Shown: piece after piece, positions 8,232 to 16,546 of the stretch
Numbering within the stretch: position 1 is the stretch's first letter
Layout of the letters: each line of letters begins with the position of its first letter
IMG/VR virus record: IMGVR_UViG_3300042691_032880
Span: 1-64,000 of that record
Length of the DNA: 64,000 bases
Source: a virus
Reading direction: 5' to 3' (one strand)
Program-made: the position numbers and the translations under genes
The notes under the pieces: model-generated
The model's database searches: none
The model's input: only the letters and a program-made list of their open reading frames with translations
Told to the model about the DNA's origin: nothing

Positions 8232-8789
8232 ATGGCTAAAACAAAAGTTCAAAAATCAGCTTGGCAACAAGCGAAAGACCTTGTAGAGGACTATGCAATC
8301 AAGGATTTGAAAGAAAACTATGGTATCGAAGCTGTAACTGCTCAGATTACTCCCAAAACACACAGGGGTAATCCTGACCATATACTGTTATTCGGTCATG
8401 AGTTTGCTAAAAACCTGATTTATATCATCTACAAGAATCAGTACAAACTGTTCTCCAATGAACATGGTGAGATTGTGGATAGTCCGCAATACTTCATGAT
8501 TGACAAGGAGAAGGTTGCTCAGAAAGTATCTTCAGGACGTTACACCAAGGCACCTTCAGGTACTGCAAGTGACGAGTCCTGGGAGTTTCCTGTAGAGGAT
8601 ATGATAAAACTCAAACCTTTGCAGTCTGTAGATGACCACATAGAAGAAACAATTGAAGACGATACTGACCAAAATATCAGTTCTCTTACAATCCGTGACT
8701 TTTACGCAATCATACAGAACAAACCTGTAAGCAGTAAACAATGGTTAAACCGCATAATCTCTAAAAACAATGTCAGAAATCAAGATTGA
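8232..8789 (+). CDS. Hypothetical protein in the replication module
   Basis: 185 aa, tightly packed between the helicase and the ATPase. Confidence 0.75.
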   Translation: MAKTKVQKSAWQQAKDLVEDYAIKDLKENYGIEAVTAQITPKTHRGNPDHILLFGHEFAKNLIYIIYKNQYKLFSNEHGEIVDSPQYFMIDKEKVAQKVSSGRYTKAPSGTASDESWEFPVEDMIKLKPLQSVDDHIEETIEDDTDQNISSLTIRDFYAIIQNKPVSSKQWLNRIISKNNVRNQD

Positions 8790-9519
8790 ACTACCTCTGT
8801 CACCTGTAAAGGCGTTGACAAAATCACCTAAGGAATTGATAATTTTCAGTAAACCTAAAGTGGGTAAGACCACGCTATTGTCAGGTTTAAAGGACTGTCT
8901 CATTCTTGATTTCGAAAACGGTACCGATTATATCGAAGCTATGAAGCTGAAAGTCAAGAACACTGATGAACTCAAAGCTATTGGTAAAGCAATCAAGGAT
9001 GCAAATCACCCTTATAGATATATTGCAATCGATACCGTTACAGCATTGGAAGAGTTTTGCATTGCCTATGCGGAGGATCTCTACTCGAAGTCCAGCATGG
9101 GTAAGAACTGGTTTACAGAAGGTAAACCTAAATACGGTACTATTATCAATATGCCGCAAGGTGCAGGTTACCAATGGTTAAGAACCGCATATACTAAGGT
9201 ATTGGACTTTGTAAGGACACTCGCTCCAAGAATTATCCTGATGGGTCACGTAAAAGACACCATACTGGAAAAAGCTGGTAACGAGTTCAATAGTCTTGAC
9301 CTGGATCTTACAGGAAAAATAAAGCGTATTACTGCTAGTAATTCCGACGCCATTGGTTATCTTTACCGTAAAGGTGACAACAATATTCTCTCATTCAAGA
9401 CGAATGACGAGATATCGTGTGGTGCCAGACCGCAGCATTTAAGGAATCAAGAAATCGTCGTGTCCGAATCAACGGATGCGGGGATAATTACACACTGGGA
9501 TAAAATTTACATTGATTAA
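8770..9519 (+). CDS. Sak4-like / AAA_24 ATPase (ssDNA-annealing recombinase)
   Basis: SKPKVGKTT Walker A, ILDFENG, IAIDT Walker B, LMGH, SDAIGYL; adjacent to the putative SSB. Confidence 0.8.
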   Translation: MSEIKIELPLSPVKALTKSPKELIIFSKPKVGKTTLLSGLKDCLILDFENGTDYIEAMKLKVKNTDELKAIGKAIKDANHPYRYIAIDTVTALEEFCIAYAEDLYSKSSMGKNWFTEGKPKYGTIINMPQGAGYQWLRTAYTKVLDFVRTLAPRIILMGHVKDTILEKAGNEFNSLDLDLTGKIKRITASNSDAIGYLYRKGDNNILSFKTNDEISCGARPQHLRNQEIVVSESTDAGIITHWDKIYID

Positions 9520-9538
9520 CCAACTAAAATTAATTGAC

Positions 9539-10222
9539 ATGTTTAGCAGCAAAGAAGCAGACAAAAAGATGGGTGGTACACCAGGTACTCCTAAAGTAAT
9601 CCAACCAGGCAACGTCGTTGCAAGAATCCTTGACATTAAATTGGAGGTTCCACCTTATGATTCCTCCGCATACAATCTGATCCTCCATATCGAAAGCGAA
9701 CCTATCGGTGATGATTTCGAGGGTTTGCCTATCAACAAGGACATGCCTGAACTAGGTAACCACACTGGTCAGGTAGCTCGTGTTCAATCACAGCAATATT
9801 CTTACACCGACTACACCAACAAAGAAGGACGTCTTACTACCAAAGAAGACATGATTTTCCGTTGGTTGTGGAACTTCGCCAAGGAAATCGGAGTAGCTGA
9901 TATCCTGAAAGAAAAAGACATTCAAGGTTCTACCATACAGGAATACGTAGACAACGTGAAAGCTTACATGGTAAGCAAAGACCGTTGGATTCATTTCTGT
10001 GTAGCAGGTTCCGAATACGAAAACAAGAACGGATATATCCAACACCGTTTGTTCCTTCCTAAACCTGAGAAAGGTTTACAAGGTTATGAATTGGTACGTG
10101 TAGGAGTTGAACCGAAACGTTTGATCAAGTTCGACGAATCACAGCACATCAAGAAAAAGAAATCCGAGGTTGTGGATTCCTTCGCAGGAAGGGATGCAGG
10201 TAGCGATCTAGACCTCGACTGA
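9539..10222 (+). CDS. Putative single-stranded DNA-binding protein
   Basis: Lies between the Sak4-like ATPase and the primase; acidic C-terminal tail DAGSDLDLD; ATG at 9539 preferred over the track's ATT start. Confidence 0.5.
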   Translation: MFSSKEADKKMGGTPGTPKVIQPGNVVARILDIKLEVPPYDSSAYNLILHIESEPIGDDFEGLPINKDMPELGNHTGQVARVQSQQYSYTDYTNKEGRLTTKEDMIFRWLWNFAKEIGVADILKEKDIQGSTIQEYVDNVKAYMVSKDRWIHFCVAGSEYENKNGYIQHRLFLPKPEKGLQGYELVRVGVEPKRLIKFDESQHIKKKKSEVVDSFAGRDAGSDLDLD

Positions 10223-10239
10223 TAAACTGTTGTTGCCAC

Positions 10240-10275
10240 GTGAAAAGGGGGATGCTTACCATGCCCCCGATTCAC
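10240..10275 (+). other. Intergenic stem-loop
   Basis: GTGAA..GGGGGATG-cttac-CATGCCCCC..TTCAC, with no U tract. Confidence 0.45.
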
Positions 10276-10288
10276 CAATTCCAATCGT

Positions 10289-11233
10289 ATGTTTTCAAGT
10301 AGAAAAGCCGTATTTACAAAGACAGATGTTCCTAGTAAGTGGATCTTCGAACATTACCTAAACCTACCTTGCAAGCTGAATGGACAAGATGTCAAAATCA
10401 ACAGCATATTCAATCCTCTGGATAAGACTCCAAGCTTTTTTGTTTACATCAACAGAAATTGCAACGACTATACCTTTAAATGTTTCAGTACTGGGGTTGC
10501 TGGGGATGGAATCACTCTTGTCAAGCTTATTTACGGACTTAATTTCAGCGACGCACTTCACAAGATAATCTGTGATTACAGGGAGTATCTTGATAAGACT
10601 GAGGTTGATTACGATACTACCATTGTAGTACAGGAGAAATGGCGCATGAAGGAGATTGTCAAACGCAGCTGGAACAAAGCTGACGCTGACTATTGGAGTC
10701 CCTATAATATCGGTAGCGATTTGTTGAACAAATACAATGTGATTCCAATGGCTTCATATACCATGAGTCGTGGAATGGAGGAACTCACACGCAATTGTTT
10801 GACAGGAAAAGTCTACGCTTATTGTACAAGGGACAAAGTTTACAGGGTTTACGAACCTATGAATACTGAGAGGAAATTCTTGACATTCATGAATCACATT
10901 CAAGGATGGGACCAGGTTACTGGAAAACCCACACTGTTCATCTGCAGTTCCTTGAAGGACGTGATGTCATTGGATTCCCTTGGAATTGAAGCGGATTTCA
11001 TTGCACCTAGCAGTGAAAACGCAAACATTGAACCTATTATAGAATGGGTCAATGAATATCCAAATAAGTATGTTATATTTGACAACGATTCCACAGGTCT
11101 GAGGATGATGAACCGTTACAAGGAACAGTACGGAATACCGTACATACACCTTGAACTGAGTAAGGATCTGAGTGACTCTGTAAGGGATCATGGAGCGCAA
11201 AACGTAAAATCAATCATAACATCATTAATGTAA
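10289..11233 (+). CDS. DNA primase (degenerate CHC2-like domain plus Toprim)
   Basis: NSIFNPLDKTPSF...FKCFSTG...GDGI N-terminal domain; Toprim-like ICSSLKDV, FDNDSTG, KDLSD. Confidence 0.8.
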   Translation: MFSSRKAVFTKTDVPSKWIFEHYLNLPCKLNGQDVKINSIFNPLDKTPSFFVYINRNCNDYTFKCFSTGVAGDGITLVKLIYGLNFSDALHKIICDYREYLDKTEVDYDTTIVVQEKWRMKEIVKRSWNKADADYWSPYNIGSDLLNKYNVIPMASYTMSRGMEELTRNCLTGKVYAYCTRDKVYRVYEPMNTERKFLTFMNHIQGWDQVTGKPTLFICSSLKDVMSLDSLGIEADFIAPSSENANIEPIIEWVNEYPNKYVIFDNDSTGLRMMNRYKEQYGIPYIHLELSKDLSDSVRDHGAQNVKSIITSLM

Positions 11234-11676
11234 TGTCAACACCTACACTGTTCTTCATACCAGGAGCTGTACCTTCTAGCAAGAACAGTAGGGTGATGAC
11301 GCGGAGTGGTCTCTTTATCGCCAGTAAGGCGACACAGAAGTATCGGAAATCATCTGCAGCATATTGGTCAAAGCATAAACCAGAGTTTCAAGCGGTTATT
11401 GCGGAGATGACCAAACCTATAATCATAGGAATGCATTTTGTCAGAGCAAGTCGTCATAAGTGGGATTTTATCAATCCTGCTCAAACGATTCAAGATGAAA
11501 TGTCAAAAGCTGGATGGATTGACGATGACAATGTAGAGGAGATACTCCCTGTACCACTTTACATCGACGGTAGACCTTGGAGTTATGACAAGGAAAAACC
11601 TGGGGTGTATATTGCAATCCTCGACTCCTTTTGTACGGAGATCGATAATCCAAAACCAGATGAAACCATTCCTTAG
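11233..11676 (+). CDS. RusA-like Holliday junction resolvase
   Basis: IPGAVPSSKNS...DFINPAQTIQDEM..AGWIDDDN motifs. Confidence 0.7.
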   Translation: MSTPTLFFIPGAVPSSKNSRVMTRSGLFIASKATQKYRKSSAAYWSKHKPEFQAVIAEMTKPIIIGMHFVRASRHKWDFINPAQTIQDEMSKAGWIDDDNVEEILPVPLYIDGRPWSYDKEKPGVYIAILDSFCTEIDNPKPDETIP

Positions 11677-12727
11677 TACTTACGAAATGGACCTCGTAGA
11701 GAGGTTGAAACTAGAAGATGAATTCTTCGCGCAAGGGTTCCTGATGTCCTATTCAGGATTAAACAGACTCTTGTATAGTCCTGGTGCTTTCTATCAGCAC
11801 TATATCCTCAAACAAAGGGAGGATACCACAGACAAAGCAATGGCTGAAGGTAAACTGATCCACTGCATGCTTTTGAATCCAGAAAACTTTGAAGACGAAT
11901 TTGTCGTTCTTCCATACAGTTTTCCCAGTGAGAATCCAAAGCGTGTAATGGAACGATTGCATTCGCACATTGCGGAAACATATCCAGAAATCAAGGATTC
12001 CAGGGAGACCATACTACCTTATCTAGGTAATGTGCAGAATGCATTGCTTGATATTCTGAAAGATGAGAACCTGCATCAGACACTTAAGACAGACCAGCAA
12101 CGATTTGACAGGATGCTGACTGAAAAGAACATGGAGTATTTGGACTTCTTATTGAAAAGAAAAGACCGTACTGTAGTCGACAAAGACATGGTTGTGTTCG
12201 CTGAAAGGGTACGTGAGACCTTTAAGAACAGTGAAACCATGCGTGATCTGATGGGTATGAATAATCTCGAGTGGATGTCTGTACATAATGAAACGGAACT
12301 TGTGATGTTTTCGGAAGATTACCAGTTCGGAATACGCGGTATCATTGACAACCTGGTGGTAGACCATAAGCAGAAGGTGATACGCGTGAACGATTTGAAG
12401 AAAAGCTCCAAACCACTGGCTTTGTTTCCTGAAACGGTAGAGTATTACAAATACTGGTTGCAAGCAGCGATTTACAAGATGATTGTAGACAATGTAAAGC
12501 AAACAACTTACGGAGTGGATTATCCTGTAGAACTGAGGTTTCTTGTGGTTGATCCGTATATGCAGATAGCACCTATGAGAGTGTCTGATGAAACCATGTC
12601 CAAATACATGGAAATGGCACTTGATGCATTAAGTGTGGCAAACAAACATTTTCTTGCGAAAGACTTCAGTTTGCCACGTCATGGTCTCAAATTTGCTGAA
12701 ACGGGTTATGAAGAATTCCTTTTATGA
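11660..12727 (+). CDS. PD-(D/E)XK exonuclease (RecB/exoVIII-like)
   Basis: MSYSGL, GKLIHC, RGIIDNL, NDLKK, YWLQAAIY; start at ATG 11660 chosen to minimise overlap. Confidence 0.8.
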   Translation: MKPFLSTYEMDLVERLKLEDEFFAQGFLMSYSGLNRLLYSPGAFYQHYILKQREDTTDKAMAEGKLIHCMLLNPENFEDEFVVLPYSFPSENPKRVMERLHSHIAETYPEIKDSRETILPYLGNVQNALLDILKDENLHQTLKTDQQRFDRMLTEKNMEYLDFLLKRKDRTVVDKDMVVFAERVRETFKNSETMRDLMGMNNLEWMSVHNETELVMFSEDYQFGIRGIIDNLVVDHKQKVIRVNDLKKSSKPLALFPETVEYYKYWLQAAIYKMIVDNVKQTTYGVDYPVELRFLVVDPYMQIAPMRVSDETMSKYMEMALDALSVANKHFLAKDFSLPRHGLKFAETGYEEFLL

Positions 12728-13326
12728 CAACATCGCGAATCAAAAAACCCTACAATCGGTATTTCCAGAAATCAAAAACCTTTCTGGTTCCCATACTTGG
12801 CATTAAGCGAGAATGCAGATATCCATTTGACGAATCATACGTAGCATGGGAAGACAAGTACAACACTGGCGATCAAAAGCTGGTGTTGACTTATCCCAGA
12901 AAATACGATGATCCCTTGTGGGATGAATATCTTCTTGTAACTTTGATGGGAAGCAAGATGTTCAACGAATACCACGAGATAGACGAATCCACTATTGCAG
13001 TATCTTTCGACTTGCACTGCATCGAACATGACTACCGTTGTTTTGTAAACGGTACATACAGTCAGATGAGCAGATTGCTGAAACAGAAAATACGTGATTA
13101 CTACGGCACCGACAGTCCCGAATGGGTGTACATGGAGAGTTTCCTATTTCCCTCCAGGTTCACCAAAGTGTATAGTCTATTGCTTGATGTCGAAGAAGAA
13201 CATATCAAATTCACAGGTGAACTCTGTGATAAACCGAATTTGAAACTGGAAACACTTAAACTTAAAGAAAATGCAAAAATCAATGATGTGCATCCACTCA
13301 TCGTGGAACAAGGGAAAAACCTTTAG
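12724..13326 (+). CDS. Hypothetical protein of the replication module
   Basis: 200 aa; ATGA overlap with the nuclease. Confidence 0.75.
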   Translation: MTTSRIKKPYNRYFQKSKTFLVPILGIKRECRYPFDESYVAWEDKYNTGDQKLVLTYPRKYDDPLWDEYLLVTLMGSKMFNEYHEIDESTIAVSFDLHCIEHDYRCFVNGTYSQMSRLLKQKIRDYYGTDSPEWVYMESFLFPSRFTKVYSLLLDVEEEHIKFTGELCDKPNLKLETLKLKENAKINDVHPLIVEQGKNL

Positions 13327-13657
13327 AATGATACCTGTCCATGTGGACTGTCCTTACAATGAAGTCATTTATGACAAGGATCAGCATGTACTGGCGGTAA
13401 TCAGCAAGGAATGCAAGGAAGCTTTCCAACTTGTACCTAAGATGACCGACAAGGGAGATGTGAGTTATCTCCGTGGACCACGCGAAAATGGCAAGAATTA
13501 CGCTGAAGAACGGCGTGTATTGGACACATGGTATGAGTACTACGTGGAAAATCCTGAAGACATTGAAGCTTTCATGGAATATTTCATGATGAATACCGAG
13601 TTCGATTACAAGCAGTATATGAAATCCGAACCTGTAATACCCCCTGTAAACGTATGA
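13271..13657 (+). CDS. Hypothetical protein
   Basis: 128 aa; ATGA overlap with the polymerase; start uncertain. Confidence 0.7.
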   Translation: MQKSMMCIHSSWNKGKTFRMIPVHVDCPYNEVIYDKDQHVLAVISKECKEAFQLVPKMTDKGDVSYLRGPRENGKNYAEERRVLDTWYEYYVENPEDIEAFMEYFMMNTEFDYKQYMKSEPVIPPVNV

Positions 13658-15576
13658 CCGTAAAACACTGGGTATATGACCTAGAGACCCTGGTGAATTG
13701 TTTCATCGGGGTCTTTGAGTCTTATGGAGGTTCTGAACGCAAGATCTTCGTCGTCCATCCTTTGAAGAACGACATGGTTGAATTGCTTCGTTTCCTTCAT
13801 GACTGTAAGCGTAAAAAGACATGGATGTTCGGATTCAATAACGTCGCTTTCGATGCTCAGATTCTGGAACATATCCTTGAAAATGGAGACAATCTAGTGC
13901 TTATGTCCGCAGAGGATGCTGCAACAGACATCTACCAGTATGCGCAACGAGTCATATCCAGAATGAACAGCGGGGAGTTTTCAGACTATCCCGAATGGAA
14001 ACTCAGCATGCCTCAGATAGATATCTTCAAACTGAATCACTGGGACAGCGAAGCGAAGAAATGCGGATTGAAGTGGGTGCAGTACAGCATGGATTGGCAT
14101 AATGTAGAAGAAATGCCACATGAACATTACAAACCTGTACATGGAATGGAAACATTGAATCGTGTGGTAAGTTACTGTATCAATGACGTAGCAAGCACTA
14201 AAGCCATATTTCTATTGGAGGACATGAAAAAGCAGATAAACCTGCGTGCGAAACTCAGCAAGGAATACGGTCTTAGTCTACATTCAGCGAGCGAACCCCG
14301 CATCAGCAAGGAGATGTTCATACACTTCCTCAGTAAGAAGCTAGGTAGGGATAAGAAGTCCATAAAAGCACTCAGAACCGTACGTGAGAAGGTAGAGATA
14401 CGCGACATCATCCTTCCTTATATACGGTTCCAGACACCGCCGTTTGCAAACATGTTATCATGGTTCAGACGGTTGGTGGTATCCATAACCGAAGGCAAGA
14501 TAAAAGGTCCACAGCACATCATGAAAGCATGTGGAGTGGATACTGTATATGCATTAGGTGGCATTCATGGTTGTACGAGTCCTGGTACTTATGTATCGGA
14601 CCAGACTCATGTAATAGTAACGGCGGACGTTACTAGTTTCTATCCGAATCTAGCTATCCGTAACAAATGGTCACCTGCACACATACCTCAAGAGGAGTTC
14701 TGTGAGCTGTATGAATGGTTCTTCGAGGAACGTAAAAAGTATGGTAAGAAGGATCCGCTGAATTACCTATTCAAAATCATCCTGAATTCAACTTACGGTC
14801 TTAGCAAGAACAAACACAGCTTCCTGTATGATCCAGAACTGACCTTTCGCATTACTGTCAACGGTCAGTTGCTGTTGAGTATGCTGTATGAAATGGTCAT
14901 GCTTGAAATACCTGAAGCTGAACCACTTATGCAAAACACCGATGGTTTGGAGTTCCGAATACCTCGTTCAGAAATGGATAGGTTTCATAAGGTATGCAAA
15001 CAGTGGGAAGAAATGACCAGTTTGCAGCTGGAATGTGACACCTACCAGAAGATGGTGATTGCTGACGTAAACAATTATATTGCCGTATATGGTGATGACA
15101 GGGAACCTAAGTCAAAAGGCAGGTTTGAATGGAAGAATCTAGCTCTTCATAAGAACAAGAGTTTCCTTGTTGTCTCCAAAGCATTACACGAGTACTTTGT
15201 CAACGGAACAAAACCCGAAGATTACCTGGAATCCAATAGGAACATCTTTGACTATTGTGGTGGAGTCAAAGTACGAGGTGAGTGGTATTTGGTCAAGAAA
15301 TACATCAAAGACGGTATATACTGCCAGGATAAGCTCCAGAAACTTGTCAGGTATTATGTATCGGAAACAGGTGTCAAACTCTCCAAATGCAATCCTGATG
15401 GAAGGGAGATACAACTTGAATCAGGACACTGGCTCCAGACAGTGTTCAACAAGCATGTTGAGATGCCTTTCGAGGAATACGGAATAGACAAAAGGTATTA
15501 TCTTGAACAGATATACCAGGAAATAGCTAATATTGAAGGTAGCAAACAAAAGCAACTTCAAACAACATTATTCTAA
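13654..15576 (+). CDS. Family B DNA polymerase (crAss-like type)
   Basis: Exo I YDLE, Exo II GFNNVAFD, Exo III YCINDV; polymerase motifs DVTSFYPN, KIILNSTYG, NTDG. Confidence 0.93.
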   Translation: MTVKHWVYDLETLVNCFIGVFESYGGSERKIFVVHPLKNDMVELLRFLHDCKRKKTWMFGFNNVAFDAQILEHILENGDNLVLMSAEDAATDIYQYAQRVISRMNSGEFSDYPEWKLSMPQIDIFKLNHWDSEAKKCGLKWVQYSMDWHNVEEMPHEHYKPVHGMETLNRVVSYCINDVASTKAIFLLEDMKKQINLRAKLSKEYGLSLHSASEPRISKEMFIHFLSKKLGRDKKSIKALRTVREKVEIRDIILPYIRFQTPPFANMLSWFRRLVVSITEGKIKGPQHIMKACGVDTVYALGGIHGCTSPGTYVSDQTHVIVTADVTSFYPNLAIRNKWSPAHIPQEEFCELYEWFFEERKKYGKKDPLNYLFKIILNSTYGLSKNKHSFLYDPELTFRITVNGQLLLSMLYEMVMLEIPEAEPLMQNTDGLEFRIPRSEMDRFHKVCKQWEEMTSLQLECDTYQKMVIADVNNYIAVYGDDREPKSKGRFEWKNLALHKNKSFLVVSKALHEYFVNGTKPEDYLESNRNIFDYCGGVKVRGEWYLVKKYIKDGIYCQDKLQKLVRYYVSETGVKLSKCNPDGREIQLESGHWLQTVFNKHVEMPFEEYGIDKRYYLEQIYQEIANIEGSKQKQLQTTLF

Positions 15577-15776
15577 TGAGCAAAAAAACAATAATCGATA
15601 GGGTCGTTGAACAGATTATAGACGACATTTGCAACTACAACGATACGGCCGCACTGGAGGAGTTTCTGGTGCTCCTGTACTCGGAAAAAACACATCAGTT
15701 TTTCCAAGGTTACATTCCTGAAGAGGAGTGGAAGGATTATAGTGATTTCGATGATGAAATCAAGAGTTATTCATAA
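15576..15776 (+). CDS. Small acidic hypothetical protein
   Basis: 66 aa; TAATG coupling to the polymerase. Confidence 0.7.
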   Translation: MSKKTIIDRVVEQIIDDICNYNDTAALEEFLVLLYSEKTHQFFQGYIPEEEWKDYSDFDDEIKSYS

Positions 15777-15814
15777 GCGGAAGGGGAGCGTCAGAGTATG
15801 CTCCCCTCAACCGC
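15777..15814 (+). other. Intergenic GC-rich stem-loop
   Basis: GCGG.AGGGGAGCGT-cagagt-ATGCTCCCCT...CCGC; the G-U pair works on the + strand; no U tract. Confidence 0.55.
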
Positions 15815-15826
15815 ACTCCTAATGAA

Positions 15827-16159
15827 ATGGAAGAAGAAAAATTCTTTACAAAATCAAAACACCAATCCACAACTAATACAATAGAGGCATGGGGGATGAT
15901 GCGAAGACACTACGATGACTTATGTAGAATTACACATAGGGAATTACCCCATGAAGAATATATGAAGATATGGAGATATCGAAGATTAGTTTTGGAGTAC
16001 ATAAGATACCTTGAGACATTACCTGCATTCATGGTAATAGCTGAGGAAGATCCTGTATATAAAGGAGATAAGAACAAAGCTTGCTCACCCATGCAATACA
16101 TAGGACCATGCGTAGCGATAATAGAGACAATAGAAACATATGGTGGGTCTGGATCCTGA
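15827..16159 (+). CDS. Hypothetical protein
   Basis: 110 aa ORF on the operon strand. Confidence 0.55.
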   Translation: MEEEKFFTKSKHQSTTNTIEAWGMMRRHYDDLCRITHRELPHEEYMKIWRYRRLVLEYIRYLETLPAFMVIAEEDPVYKGDKNKACSPMQYIGPCVAIIETIETYGGSGS

Positions 16160-16215
16160 TAACGTTATTCGTTATTGGTTTCTGGACTTCCATCATATGG
16201 TCATTAATCAATTGA
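16108..16215 (+). CDS. 35-aa single-TM peptide (not in ORF track)
   Basis: MRSDNRDNRNIWWVWILITLFVIGFWTSIIWSLIN*; ends 1 nt before the ATG at 16217. Confidence 0.5.
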   Translation: MRSDNRDNRNIWWVWILITLFVIGFWTSIIWSLIN

Positions 16216-16216
16216 T

Positions 16217-16495
16217 ATGGAAAATACAGCTGAACTCATAGTCAAGGTCTGCGATGACCTGAAGAATCTTCTATTGGAAAAGAACGCCGCGTATGGCGAT
16301 GCAGTACATCAAAGAGGTCCTCTTTTCGATGTGGATCCTGTAGTGGGTATCCAGTCCAGGATCAATGACAAATTACGCAGGATACAGAACACAGGTTTGA
16401 ACAAGGATACAGAGGACAGTCTCACTGATCTCATGGGGTACTTGGTACACTTGAAGATTGCATTGGATAGGAAAAAAGAAACCCCCATCTACTAG
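16217..16495 (+). CDS. DUF1599 / nucleotide-modification-associated domain 1 protein
   Basis: KNAAYGD...RINDKLRRI...EDSLTDLMGY signature. Confidence 0.75.
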   Translation: MENTAELIVKVCDDLKNLLLEKNAAYGDAVHQRGPLFDVDPVVGIQSRINDKLRRIQNTGLNKDTEDSLTDLMGYLVHLKIALDRKKETPIY

Positions 16496-16508
16496 AGACG
16501 GGGGGTTC
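16472..16508 (-). terminator. Rho-independent terminator of the - strand tail/lysis operon
   Basis: On the - strand CCCCCGTCT-ctagt-AGATGGGGG then TTTCTTTTTT; lies at the convergence of the two gene blocks. Confidence 0.8.
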
Positions 16509-16513
16509 TCAAT

Positions 16514-16546
16514 CAAACAATCAAACAAGCCAAACAACCCAAACAA
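16514..16546. repeat. Four CAAACAA repeats
   Basis: CAAACAA at 16514, 16522, 16531 and 16540. Confidence 0.55.

Noticed and set aside
11585-11659. Upstream start for the PD-(D/E)XK nuclease
   Set aside because: It gives a long overlap with the resolvase gene; ATG at 11660 is more plausible.
13654-15576. Intron or intein in the DNA polymerase
   Set aside because: All motifs lie in one compact 640-aa frame, with no splicing or homing-endonuclease motifs seen.
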